NCBI GenBank assembly: GCA_937864235.1
Contig: CALMJI010000012.1
Span: 942-64,941, forward strand
Direction: 5' to 3'
DNA length: 64,000 nucleotides
From: an uncultured bacterium
GTDB lineage: Bacteria > Patescibacteriota > Minisyncoccia > SW-4-49-11
A program made the position numbers and the translations under genes. A model generated the notes under the pieces. The model was not told the origin of the DNA and searched no databases. It saw only the letters and a program-made list of their open reading frames with translations. Positions 9,484 through 19,139 of the stretch are shown one piece after another. How positions within the stretch are numbered: the first letter of the stretch is position 1; each line of letters begins with the position of its first letter.

Positions 9484-10578
9484 ATGAGAGTAGCTTTGGT
9501 GCATGACTATTTGGTGCAATATGGTGGGGCAGAAAGAGTTTTGGAAGTGCTAGCGGAGATGTTCCCTCAGGCTCCTATTTATACTTTGATTTATGATCCT
9601 GAGCAATTATATGGAGCTTTTAGTGATAAAAAAATTCGTACTTCTTTTTTACAAAGTTTACCTTTTGCCAAAACTAATCACAGGTTATTCCCAGCCTTGA
9701 TGCCTTTGGCGGTGGAGGATTTGGATTTGACAGCTTATGATTTGGTAATATCATCATCTAACAGCTATACTAAAGGTGTTATTACAAGGCCAGATGCGTT
9801 GCATATTTGTTATTGTCATACTCCAATGCGATATGCTTGGGATGATTATCATCGGCATTTTCAGGAATTTAATTTTGTGGCTGGGGTCAAAAATCTATTG
9901 CCTTTTGCGATGAATTATATTCGTCTTTGGGATAAAATTTCCTCAGATAGAGTGGACTATTATTTGGCTAATTCTAATAATGTGGCTAAGAGAATTAATA
10001 AATATTATCGGATGCCAGCTCAAGTCTTATATCCTCCTGTGAATACAGAAGTAGAATTTGATGCTGATTATAAAGGTGAATACTATCTGATGTTGGGTAG
10101 ATTCTTGCCTTATAAGCATTATGATATTGTGGTGGAGGCTTTCGCTCGGAATGGTAAAGAATTACACTTAGTTGGTTCAGGTCCGGATGAGGAAAAGTTA
10201 AGAAAAATAGCTCAAGGTAAGGATAATATTAAATTCTTGGGTAGATTGAATGATGAAGAGGCTCAGCTTGAGTTCCGAGAGTGTAGGGCTTTTATATTTG
10301 CCTCTGAGGATGACTTTGGAATTGTGCCAGTGGAGGCGATGGCAGCTGGTAAACCAGTGATTGCCTATGGGCGAGGAGGAGCTCTGGAGACTGTGGAGGA
10401 TGGTAAGACGGGCATATTCTTTGATGAGCAGAGTGCAGACTGCATCATAAAAACCGTTGATAGATTTGAAAAAATGAATTTTGATGCTACTTATATTCAT
10501 AATTATGCTCAAAAATTCTCTAAGGATACCTTCAAGCATAATTTCTATAAATTTTTAGAAAAATATGATATTATGTAA
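9484..10578 (+). CDS. Glycosyltransferase family 4
   Basis: VALVHDYL..GGAERV, YCHTPMRY, EDDFGIVPVEAMAAGKPVIA. Confidence 0.93.
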   Translation: MRVALVHDYLVQYGGAERVLEVLAEMFPQAPIYTLIYDPEQLYGAFSDKKIRTSFLQSLPFAKTNHRLFPALMPLAVEDLDLTAYDLVISSSNSYTKGVITRPDALHICYCHTPMRYAWDDYHRHFQEFNFVAGVKNLLPFAMNYIRLWDKISSDRVDYYLANSNNVAKRINKYYRMPAQVLYPPVNTEVEFDADYKGEYYLMLGRFLPYKHYDIVVEAFARNGKELHLVGSGPDEEKLRKIAQGKDNIKFLGRLNDEEAQLEFRECRAFIFASEDDFGIVPVEAMAAGKPVIAYGRGGALETVEDGKTGIFFDEQSADCIIKTVDRFEKMNFDATYIHNYAQKFSKDTFKHNFYKFLEKYDIM

Positions 10579-10597
10579 TTATAGTTAATAAATCCTT

Positions 10598-11191
10598 ATG
10601 AATATATATAAGACTTTTTTCAAAAAAAATGCACTGTTCTTGAGTATAATAGTGGTTGTAGGTCTTGCTTCTGGGCTAGCAATGACTAGATTATTACCAG
10701 TCTCTTATGATGTGTCTTTGGCTCTCAATATTGAGCGAAAGGTAAATGACACTGGAGAATTTTATACTTATGATGGATTTTATGTTATTCAAGCTACTGA
10801 GTTATTTGGTAAAAGTGTGGCTAGTTGGTTTGTAACTCCTGATTTTGTGGAAGATGTACTGCGGAATGCAGATAAATCAGATATAGCAGAGTTATCGGTC
10901 AAAGACTTTAGAAGAATATTTACTTCAGAACAAGTCTCAGCTAATGTAGTAGAAGTTAGATTTGGGGTAGATGAAAACGAACTTGGTAATACATTAACAG
11001 AATCAATTTCAAGTAGCATAGTGTCATATATGGAGACTAGAGGTATTAAAGATTATAATGTTTTTGTAGGGACTCCAGTTATTAGACAAGTAGATTATAA
11101 CCCAATTTTATTTGCACTGGGTGGTGGATTTCTGTCTTTAGCTTTAGGAATTATTATAGCTGCTATTAGACAACATTATTGGGAAAAATGA
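10598..11191 (+). CDS. Wzz/YveK-like polysaccharide chain-length or co-polymerase protein
   Basis: N- and C-terminal TM helices around a soluble loop; located between glycosyltransferases. Confidence 0.6.
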   Translation: MNIYKTFFKKNALFLSIIVVVGLASGLAMTRLLPVSYDVSLALNIERKVNDTGEFYTYDGFYVIQATELFGKSVASWFVTPDFVEDVLRNADKSDIAELSVKDFRRIFTSEQVSANVVEVRFGVDENELGNTLTESISSSIVSYMETRGIKDYNVFVGTPVIRQVDYNPILFALGGGFLSLALGIIIAAIRQHYWEK

Positions 11192-12306
11192 GAATAGGTA
11201 TAGATGCCCGCGGGATTACGGATGGATTCAAGGGAGGGGTGGGAGAATATACTCAACATATAATTCAATCGCTTAGTGGATATAAAGATTTGAACTTAGA
11301 ATTTTTAGCTACAGGCGTAAAACCTAAATCTGAGGTTACGGGAATACAAAATACCTGGCTAAAATATCCTAATAGATTATTGAACTTTTCTCTCAAAACT
11401 CTAAATAGACCATATTTAGATAAAGCTTTTAGCCAAAAACCAGATAAAGTTTGGATGCCAAATTGGAATATTACGTCTCTAAGCTCAGACTCAGAGCTGA
11501 TTTTAACGGTACATGATTTAGCCATTAGGGTTTTGCCAGAAGTTTTTTCACGAAAGATGCGACTATGGCATAAATATATTGGGATAGATAAATTACTAGA
11601 CCGAGCTAATACTATTATATCTGTCTCAGAATCTACTAAGAGGGACTTGATAGATATATATGGAGTAAAGGTGGAGAAAATAAAAGTAATTTACTCAGGA
11701 ATTGATCCGCTGTTTAGACAAGAATTTCATCAGTCAGATATAAATCTAGTCAAGCGAAAATATAATTTACCAGATAGATATATTTTGTATTTAGGTACTA
11801 TTGAGCCTAGGAAAAATATACAATTACTCATCCAAGCCTTCGAGCGAATCGCCACCAAAGACAAAGAGGTCAAACTTGTAATAGCCGGAGTCAATGGTTG
11901 GTTATATAAACAAATTCACCAAAGTATAGATAATTCACATTTTAGAGATAGGATTTTGAGAATTGGTTTTGTAGATATTATGGATAAGCCTATAGTTTAT
12001 AAATTAGCTAGAGTTTTCGTATACCCTTCTCTGTATGAAGGTTTTGGTTTCCCGCCATTAGAAGCAATGGCCTCCGGTACTCCGACAGTAGTGGCTAACA
12101 ATTCCGTCTTCCCAGAGATAGTCTTAAACTCGGCTTACAAAACCTCCCCCTATGATAAGTTGGAATTAAGTGACATAATATATAATCTACTGACAGATAG
12201 TAGCTTATATAATTATTACAGTAAACTAGGTCTAAAGCGTAGTCTAGCCTTTGATTGGACACAAACCGCCAGAGAGATGCGAGAAGTTTTTATCAATAAG
12301 TATTGA
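11188..12306 (+). CDS. Glycosyltransferase family 4
   Basis: MRIGIDAR, TVHDL, GTIEPRKN, EGFGFPPLEAMASG; ATGA overlap with upstream stop. Confidence 0.93.
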   Translation: MRIGIDARGITDGFKGGVGEYTQHIIQSLSGYKDLNLEFLATGVKPKSEVTGIQNTWLKYPNRLLNFSLKTLNRPYLDKAFSQKPDKVWMPNWNITSLSSDSELILTVHDLAIRVLPEVFSRKMRLWHKYIGIDKLLDRANTIISVSESTKRDLIDIYGVKVEKIKVIYSGIDPLFRQEFHQSDINLVKRKYNLPDRYILYLGTIEPRKNIQLLIQAFERIATKDKEVKLVIAGVNGWLYKQIHQSIDNSHFRDRILRIGFVDIMDKPIVYKLARVFVYPSLYEGFGFPPLEAMASGTPTVVANNSVFPEIVLNSAYKTSPYDKLELSDIIYNLLTDSSLYNYYSKLGLKRSLAFDWTQTAREMREVFINKY

Positions 12307-12331
12307 CAAAATTTATAAAATGTGGTATAAG
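12303..12331 (+). promoter_or_regulatory. Sigma70-type promoter of the orphan gene
   Basis: ttgaca-17 nt-tataag with tgtg in the spacer. Confidence 0.65.
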
Positions 12332-12358
12332 TAAATCCGTAAACATAGCCTTAAGGCA

Positions 12359-12982
12359 ATGTCGCTCGTTCAACAACAATCATCTCGGTTCCATCCCATC
12401 GGTGAGTTTTCTGATCCCCATCATGTTAGAGCAATTGGTTTGCTGCGTGGCAATATTGCTTCTGATTGGTCCATCAACTTGACGGGTGGGTTTCATGGAA
12501 AGTCTCTCAAGGTCCAGTCTGAGGCTTTTGGCCTCATCCAAAAATTGGCCAAGGGTGGAGTAGACTCTGCAATTTTCGTGGTTTGGCCACGAACAAAAGA
12601 TGGCTTCGTCTCTTCACTCGAGGTGATCGGGGTCTGGAAGCCCTCCATTCTTGACCCTAATTCCGGGGCGCAGGATGATCTTCCTGAAGGAGATAATTAC
12701 TTCTCCATTCGTGGGAAATTGGCTCGCAGGGTCTGGACAGATGAGTATTATGGAAAAGGTTTGGGAGTTACTGTTTTCGGGGAATACTATGTCTCCGTTG
12801 ATGTTCCCTCAGACCGAGAAGCTGTTCCTTTCCTTAATCCTGGGGATTTCATCTCCATGGATGCCTTCCTCACCGAGGATGGTCGTCTCCACGCCGAGTG
12901 GGTCGAGAAAATCTCGATTCCCGATGCTGCCAATGCCCGTCCTGGACAACAAGTCCGCAGGCGGTCTTCCGCCACCGCCTGA
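12359..12982 (+). CDS. Hypothetical protein, GC-rich, resembling a cyanobacterial conserved hypothetical
   Basis: 207-aa ORF with own promoter and terminator; motifs HPI...RAIGL.RG, VVWPR, GVWKPS.L, LPEGDNYFSIRG.L. Confidence 0.75.
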   Translation: MSLVQQQSSRFHPIGEFSDPHHVRAIGLLRGNIASDWSINLTGGFHGKSLKVQSEAFGLIQKLAKGGVDSAIFVVWPRTKDGFVSSLEVIGVWKPSILDPNSGAQDDLPEGDNYFSIRGKLARRVWTDEYYGKGLGVTVFGEYYVSVDVPSDREAVPFLNPGDFISMDAFLTEDGRLHAEWVEKISIPDAANARPGQQVRRRSSATA

Positions 12983-13015
12983 CCTCTCGGCAGGTCTCAT
13001 CTTCAACACCCGCGC

Positions 13016-13045
13016 CCGCCTCTTCACAGGGGCGGATTTTCTTTT
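13016..13045 (+). terminator. Intrinsic terminator
   Basis: ccgcctc-ttcaca-ggggcgg followed by attttctttt. Confidence 0.6.
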
Positions 13046-13104
13046 CCCTGTTGACGAAAATAGAAATTCAATATAGACTACTTAATAATTAAATATAATT
13101 TTTT

Positions 13105-15267
13105 ATGTCAAAAGCTTTAATTATTGTGGAGTCGCCGACTAAGGCCAAAACCATTGCTAGATTCTTGGGTAAGGATTATGTAGTCAAGTCTTCGATGGGG
13201 CATATTCGGGATTTACCAAAATCTAAAATTGGAGTGGATCCGGCTAAGGATTTTGAGATTACTTATGAAATACCAGCTAAGGCCAAAAAGACTGTCGCCG
13301 AGCTCAAAAAATTAGCCAAAAGTAGTGAGGAAGTGATTCTGGCAACTGATGAAGACCGAGAAGGGGAGGCTATTTCTTGGCATTTGGCTCATATTTTGAA
13401 ATTAAAACCTAGTTCAGCTAAGCGAATGGTCTTTCACGAGATTACAGAGTCAGCGATTAAAGAGGCTTTGGCTAATCCCAGATATATAGATTTGAATTTG
13501 GTAGATGCGCAGCAAGCTCGGCGAGCTCTAGATCGCTTGGTTGGGTATAAATTATCTCCGTTTTTATGGCAAAAAGTACAGCGGGGGCTCTCCGCAGGGC
13601 GAGTGCAGTCGGTGGCTTTGCGGTTAATTGTAGATAGAGAAAGAGAAATTGAAGCTTTCCAATCTCAAGAATACTGGACAATTCAGGGTATATTCAATTC
13701 TAATAATGACAAAAGTCTAGATATTAGCTCCACTCTGACTCATATAGATAATAAAAGATTAGATAAATTTACTTTTAAGTCCGAGTCAGAGTCTCAGAAT
13801 CTGGTAGATAAACTCCAAACTTTGTCTTATAAAGTCAAGTCTATTGAGAATAAAGCTGTCTCGAGAAACCCATATCCTCCTTTTATTACTTCCTCATTGC
13901 AACAGGATGCAGCTAGAAGATTGTATTTCTCAGCTAAGCAGACTATGATGATAGCTCAGCAATTATATGAGGGTATTGCTATTGGTAGCCGTGGTCAAAT
14001 TGGACTTATTACTTATATGAGAACTGACTCTACTAATTTGTCGGCTCAGTCTATAAGTGCGGCTAAGAGTGAGATTATAAAGCAATTTGGGGAGAAATAT
14101 TATCAGAGTAGACAATTCAAGACCAAGTCCAAAAATGCTCAAGAGGCTCATGAGGCTATTCGCCCCACTGATCCTAGTATTACTCCTGAGGAGGTCAAAC
14201 CATTCTTAGATGATAAACAATATAAATTATATACTCTTATCTGGAGTAGATTTATGGCCAGCCAAATGAAGCCGGCGACTTTTGAGACTATGAATGTGGT
14301 TATACAAGATATAGAGTCTAGTAAATATACTTTTAGCACTAGTGGGAAGAGACTGGTCTTCGATGGGTTTATGCGAGTTTATGATTTGAAATCAGAAGAT
14401 GTGATATTGCCAGGTCTGTCTGAGGGTGAGAATTTAGCTACCAAAAAGATTGAAGGGGAACAGCATTTTACTCAACCCCCAGCTAGATATAGCGAAAGTA
14501 GTCTGGTGAAAGCTCTCGAGACCAATGCTATTGGAAGACCTTCTACCTATGCCTCGATTATCTCGACTATACAGACTAGAGGTTATGTAGTCAAAAACGA
14601 GGATAGACGATTTGCCCCGACTGATATTGGTAAAACCGTGACCGATATGTTGGTGGAACATTTCCCCCAAATTGTAGATATTGAATTTACAGCCAAAGTA
14701 GAAGAGCAATTCGATGAGATTTCTCTTGGGAAAGATACTTATCAAAAGGCAATGGCTGATTTTTATAATCCTTTTGCTGAGAATTTGCAAGCTAAAGAAA
14801 AAACTGTCGAGAGGCACCGTGAGATAATCACCGATAGAGTATGTCCAGAATGTGGAGGGCAATTAGAATTAAAAAGGAGTAAATTCGGTAAATTTATAGC
14901 TTGTACTAATTATCCTGAATGTAAATATACTGATAAAAGTGATGAGGAAAAACAGCTTCAAGCAGATTTTGGTGGAGAAAAATGTCCTAATTGTGATGAT
15001 GGTGTGATGGAGGTAAAAAGCGGAAGATTCGGACCATTTTTGGGATGCTCCAATTATCCTACTTGTAAAACTATCAAAAAAATTGAAAATAAAACTGGGG
15101 AGAAATGCCCAGAATGTCAAATTGGTGATATGGTGTTCAAAAAAGGTAAAAGGGGACCGTTCAAAGCTTGTAACAGGTATCCAGAATGTAAATATATCGA
15201 AGGTGCTAAAAAGAAAGCAGTTTCAAGTTATAAGTCCAAAAAACCTACTAAAGCTAAGACGAAATAG
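13105..15267 (+). CDS. topA: DNA topoisomerase I
   Basis: IVESPTKAKTI, ATDEDREGEAI, SAGRVQS, ITYMRTDS, three C-terminal C4 zinc ribbons. Confidence 0.98.
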   Translation: MSKALIIVESPTKAKTIARFLGKDYVVKSSMGHIRDLPKSKIGVDPAKDFEITYEIPAKAKKTVAELKKLAKSSEEVILATDEDREGEAISWHLAHILKLKPSSAKRMVFHEITESAIKEALANPRYIDLNLVDAQQARRALDRLVGYKLSPFLWQKVQRGLSAGRVQSVALRLIVDREREIEAFQSQEYWTIQGIFNSNNDKSLDISSTLTHIDNKRLDKFTFKSESESQNLVDKLQTLSYKVKSIENKAVSRNPYPPFITSSLQQDAARRLYFSAKQTMMIAQQLYEGIAIGSRGQIGLITYMRTDSTNLSAQSISAAKSEIIKQFGEKYYQSRQFKTKSKNAQEAHEAIRPTDPSITPEEVKPFLDDKQYKLYTLIWSRFMASQMKPATFETMNVVIQDIESSKYTFSTSGKRLVFDGFMRVYDLKSEDVILPGLSEGENLATKKIEGEQHFTQPPARYSESSLVKALETNAIGRPSTYASIISTIQTRGYVVKNEDRRFAPTDIGKTVTDMLVEHFPQIVDIEFTAKVEEQFDEISLGKDTYQKAMADFYNPFAENLQAKEKTVERHREIITDRVCPECGGQLELKRSKFGKFIACTNYPECKYTDKSDEEKQLQADFGGEKCPNCDDGVMEVKSGRFGPFLGCSNYPTCKTIKKIENKTGEKCPECQIGDMVFKKGKRGPFKACNRYPECKYIEGAKKKAVSSYKSKKPTKAKTK

Positions 15268-15299
15268 GGTGAGGATGTAAGACAGGTGTGGACTGAGCT

Positions 15300-15595
15300 A
15301 AATTCCCCTCTCATCCCTACGGGAGATAAATTGAGGGCTTTCGCCCCTCCCATACTGTAGTTTGGGAGGGGGTGGGCGGGCTTGCCTGACGGGGTGGAGT
15401 GTTTTGCAATTTGCTTTATATCCTCCTTAGGAGGAGGTGCCCCAAAGGGGCGGAGGTGGATTAAGTTAAAAATTATATTCCATCCACCCTCCACCTACGG
15501 GTACTCCCTCCCTGCCTACCGCAGGCAGGTAAAGGGAGACAAAATACTTACAAGTCGCACCTAAGAAAACTGGAGGGGTAAACCCTCCGCTACGA
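15300..15595. repeat. Composite repeat cluster: Z with I1+I2, Y/X doublet with I3 in X, and GTAG-type hairpins
   Basis: Direct alignment to copies at 8470, 38339, 54118, 54203 and 63251. Confidence 0.9.
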
Positions 15596-15607
15596 TAAAA
15601 ATCCCCT

Positions 15608-15632
15608 AACCCCCAATGGGGGTTTTTGTTTT
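15608..15632 (+). terminator. Intrinsic terminator downstream of topA and the repeat cluster
   Basis: aaccccc-aat-gggggtt followed by tttgtttt. Confidence 0.6.
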
Positions 15633-15638
15633 GTGAAA

Positions 15639-15714
15639 TGTGGATAAATTTATTTGACAAGGGATCAAAATAAGTATATAATGGTAAAAAGTGGTAAAAA
15701 ATGGAAATAAATGG
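15639..15714 (+). promoter_or_regulatory. dcw promoter with DnaA box and MraZ-binding repeats
   Basis: tgtggataa 15639-47; ttgaca 15654-59, 17 nt, tataat 15677-82; (a/g)tgg at 15681, 15691, 15701, 15711. Confidence 0.8.
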
Positions 15715-15723
15715 TGCATAAAT

Positions 15724-16155
15724 ATGTTTATAGGTGAATATAGCCATAGTATTGATGATAAGGGACGGCTTGCAGTTCCTAAGAAGTTTCAAGAGGATTT
15801 GAAAGCTGGGCTTGTTGTCACTAAGGGATTAGATAATTGTCTCTGGGTTTATACTTATGAGTCTTGGAAAGAGCTTGCTACTAAATTAAGTAAATTGCCT
15901 ATTAGTAGTAATAATAATAGAGCTTTTAGCCGATTGATGTTGGCAGGAGCTATGGATGTATCTTTGGATAAGCAGGGTAGAATTGTATTACCTGATTATC
16001 TTAGAAATTATGCAAAATTAGGGAAGAAGGTTGTAATTACTGGGTTGTTTGACAGATTAGAAATTTGGGATGAATCTGAATGGCAGACTTATAAGGCAAG
16101 AACCGAGGCTGAGTCTGGCGAAATTGCAGAACAATTAGCAGATTTAGGAGTATAA
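15724..16155 (+). CDS. mraZ: Transcriptional repressor MraZ
   Basis: MFIGEYSHSIDDKGRL..P, DKQGRI.LP, DRLEIWD. Confidence 0.97.
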   Translation: MFIGEYSHSIDDKGRLAVPKKFQEDLKAGLVVTKGLDNCLWVYTYESWKELATKLSKLPISSNNNRAFSRLMLAGAMDVSLDKQGRIVLPDYLRNYAKLGKKVVITGLFDRLEIWDESEWQTYKARTEAESGEIAEQLADLGV

Positions 16156-16157
16156 TT

Positions 16158-17057
16158 ATGTCAGAATTAAAACATATTCCAGTTTTAATCAATGAAGCAG
16201 TGCAAGGTTTAGCTATTCGAGAGAATGGAGTTTATGTGGATGCGACGGTTGGATTTGGTGGATATACTGAGTTAATCACGGGTCAGCTTACCTCTGGGAA
16301 GTTAATTGGAATTGATGCTGATAGGCAGGCTCTCAATTTAGTAGAGCAGAGACTAACCTCTCAAATTGCAGAGGGTAAAGTTATCTTAAAACATAGTAAT
16401 TTTAGATTTATTGAACAGGTTTTGGCTGAATTGAGAGTGATTTCGGTTGATGGTATTGTGGCTGACCTAGGTTTGTCTTCAATGGAATTAGATGATGTCT
16501 CAAGAGGATTTAGCTTTAAGGAGGAGGCTCCGCTTGATATGAGATTTGATACTAGTTCTGATGGTTTGACCGCTGAGGAGATTGTGAATACCTATTCTCA
16601 AGATGATTTGACTAAGTTGTTTAGAGATTTGGGTGATGAGCCTTTTTCAGGCCGAATAGCTAGAATTATTGTGGAGTCTCGTAAAAAACAAGCTATTAAA
16701 ACTACTACTGAGCTTGTAAATTTAATTTTATCTATAGTGCCTGGTAAATTTGCTAAAAAATCTATTCACCCAGCGACTAGAGTATTTCAGGCTTTGAGAA
16801 TGGAAGTTAATGATGAGATAGGTGCTTTGAATGCTCTATTAGCTTCTTCTTTGAATTTACTTAATCCTTCAGGTAGATTAGCTATAGTTTCTTTTCACTC
16901 AGGTGAGGATAGAATTGTAAAAAATGTCTTCCGTGAATGGAAGGCTCAAGGGTTTGTAAATATTCTGACCAAAAAGCCCATTACCCCCTCAGAGATAGAA
17001 TTGGGCGCGAATCCAAGGTCTCGTTCTGCTAAACTCCGTATTATTGAAAAAATCTAA
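16158..17057 (+). CDS. rsmH: 16S rRNA m4C1402 methyltransferase
   Basis: HIPVL, DATVGFGG, DLGLSS, PLDMR, FQALRMEVN, SFHSGED, NPRSRSAKLR. Confidence 0.97.
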   Translation: MSELKHIPVLINEAVQGLAIRENGVYVDATVGFGGYTELITGQLTSGKLIGIDADRQALNLVEQRLTSQIAEGKVILKHSNFRFIEQVLAELRVISVDGIVADLGLSSMELDDVSRGFSFKEEAPLDMRFDTSSDGLTAEEIVNTYSQDDLTKLFRDLGDEPFSGRIARIIVESRKKQAIKTTTELVNLILSIVPGKFAKKSIHPATRVFQALRMEVNDEIGALNALLASSLNLLNPSGRLAIVSFHSGEDRIVKNVFREWKAQGFVNILTKKPITPSEIELGANPRSRSAKLRIIEKI

Positions 17058-17061
17058 ATTT

Positions 17062-17334
17062 ATGAAAATCCAATCAATCTACACATTAATTTTTATAGCT
17101 CTCTTATTAGGAGTAGTTTATATTGCTGAGACTAATAGTCTTTGGGTAGGTAGTTATACCTTGGCTGATAAAAAGCAAGAATTAGCCGATACTAAGCATA
17201 ATTATACTCAACTCCATACTACTATTGCTCAATATAATTCTATTGGTAATACTATGTCCAATCCAGATATAATAGCTATGGAAAAATCTAACTTTATTTA
17301 TATAGATCAAAATGGAGCTTTGGTAAAAAAGTAA
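17062..17334 (+). CDS. FtsL-like cell division protein
   Basis: Short, N-terminal TM plus coiled coil, between rsmH and ftsI. Confidence 0.6.
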   Translation: MKIQSIYTLIFIALLLGVVYIAETNSLWVGSYTLADKKQELADTKHNYTQLHTTIAQYNSIGNTMSNPDIIAMEKSNFIYIDQNGALVKK

Positions 17335-17337
17335 TTT

Positions 17338-19122
17338 ATGTCTATTAGGAGAGCAAAAAGGAGGGCTACAATAGCTACCAGACCTCAAAGTGAAACTTGG
17401 AAATTTTGGGTATTTGTAGCTGGAATTAGTTTATTATTTTTGATAGTCCTTATTCGATTATTTCAAGTCCAAATTTTAGCTCATAGTGAATATAAAGCTA
17501 AAGCTGATAATAAGCATCAAGCTAGAGTTGATTTAATTGGAGATAGAGGGAATATTTATTTTCAAAATCTAAAGTCTGGGGATAATTTTCCTGTTGCGAT
17601 TAATTTGATTACCTATGATATTGGATTTGATGCTAATGTCATCAGTCAGACTAATGACTCTAATAAAGCTCAGATTAAAGAATTTATTGATCAAAATTTT
17701 CCTGATATAGATAAAGTTAAGCTGGAAGAAGAGTTCAATAATAAAGATAAAAAGTATTATATTTTTGCAAAAGATGTGCCTGAGAATATTGTAGAACCTC
17801 TAAAAAAGAAAGCTCTGAAAGGAATAATTTTGGAGAAAAAGTCAGTCCGTAGCTATCCAGAAAAAACTTTAGGTTCTCATATTCTAGGTTATTTTTCAAA
17901 ATATAAGCAGAAAGGGCAATATGGATTGGAGCAATATTATAATGAACAATTAAAAGGAGAGGTTGGATTTGCCAATGTAGAAGCTAAAGATAGAAGGGGA
18001 GTTTGGTTAGCTAATACAAAAATAGAAAAACAAGATGCTACGAATGGTTCTAATCTTATTTTGACTGTTGACCATACTATACAATTTAAATTAGAAGAGA
18101 CATTAGCAGAATTATCAGCAGAGTTTAAACCTAAAACAGCTTTAGGTGCTATTATGGATCCTAAAACTGGAGATATTCTAGCTATGGCAGCTACTCCTAA
18201 TTTTGATATAAACGAATATAATAGGGTTGAGGATATCGGTGTATTTAAGAACCCTTTGGTGGAAAATTTATATGAGCAAGGTTCTATCTTTAAGCCAATT
18301 ACAGTAGGAATAGGCTTGGATAAGGGTGTTATTACTCCTAGTACTACTTATGAGGATAAAGGTACAGAGAGAATTAATGGTTTTGATATATCTAATTGGT
18401 CCAATAAGGTATACGGAACTCAAACTATGAGTTATGCTTTGGAGAATTCTCTGAATTTAGGTATGATTTTTATCCAAAGAAAATTAGGACGAGAAGCTTT
18501 TGTCTCTGGAATTATAGACCAATTTCAGATTGGTAAAGAAACTGGAGTAGATTTGCCAGGAGAGGTTAAAAGTAATACTAATAATTTGACCAAGCAAGCT
18601 CGAGATCTAAGAGAAGTAGATTTTGCAAATGCCTCTTATGGACAGGGAATATCTATGACTCCTATTAGGATGTTAACTTCATTTAATAGCATTGTTAATG
18701 AAGGTAAAATTATGAAGCCAAGAATTGTAAAATCAATTCAGAATTCTGAGGGAGAAATAACAAATATTGAGCCAGAAGTACAAGGGCAATCTATGTCTCC
18801 TGAAAAAGCTAGACAATTATCTGAAATGTTGGTGGATGTAGTCGAGAATAGCTCAGCTAGACAAGTTATGGTAGATGGGTATAATATCGGTGGTAAAACT
18901 GGAACTGGACAAATTGCAAGTATTGGTGGATTTCAGAAAGAAGGGGGAGAAACTCATCAATCATTTATACAATTTGCAACATTGGACAATCCAAAGTATA
19001 CTTTACTTATATCTCTCAATGCTCCTCAAGGTTCTAGATTTGCTGATACATCAGTTGTGCCAAAAATTAAGCCTTTAAACGAGTTCTTATTGAGTTATCT
19101 TAATGTGCCTCCAGATAAATAA
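17338..19122 (+). CDS. ftsI: Class B penicillin-binding protein (FtsI-like)
   Basis: TM anchor, RGNI, R.YP, G..GLE, SxxK (GSIFK), SxN (SLN), KTG. Confidence 0.93.
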   Translation: MSIRRAKRRATIATRPQSETWKFWVFVAGISLLFLIVLIRLFQVQILAHSEYKAKADNKHQARVDLIGDRGNIYFQNLKSGDNFPVAINLITYDIGFDANVISQTNDSNKAQIKEFIDQNFPDIDKVKLEEEFNNKDKKYYIFAKDVPENIVEPLKKKALKGIILEKKSVRSYPEKTLGSHILGYFSKYKQKGQYGLEQYYNEQLKGEVGFANVEAKDRRGVWLANTKIEKQDATNGSNLILTVDHTIQFKLEETLAELSAEFKPKTALGAIMDPKTGDILAMAATPNFDINEYNRVEDIGVFKNPLVENLYEQGSIFKPITVGIGLDKGVITPSTTYEDKGTERINGFDISNWSNKVYGTQTMSYALENSLNLGMIFIQRKLGREAFVSGIIDQFQIGKETGVDLPGEVKSNTNNLTKQARDLREVDFANASYGQGISMTPIRMLTSFNSIVNEGKIMKPRIVKSIQNSEGEITNIEPEVQGQSMSPEKARQLSEMLVDVVENSSARQVMVDGYNIGGKTGTGQIASIGGFQKEGGETHQSFIQFATLDNPKYTLLISLNAPQGSRFADTSVVPKIKPLNEFLLSYLNVPPDK

Positions 19123-19139
19123 ATCTAATATAGTCTGTT

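Noticed and set aside
12651-13092. Several overlapping ORFs in alternative frames
   Set aside because: Expected by-product of locally high GC; 12359-12982 has the promoter and recognisable motifs
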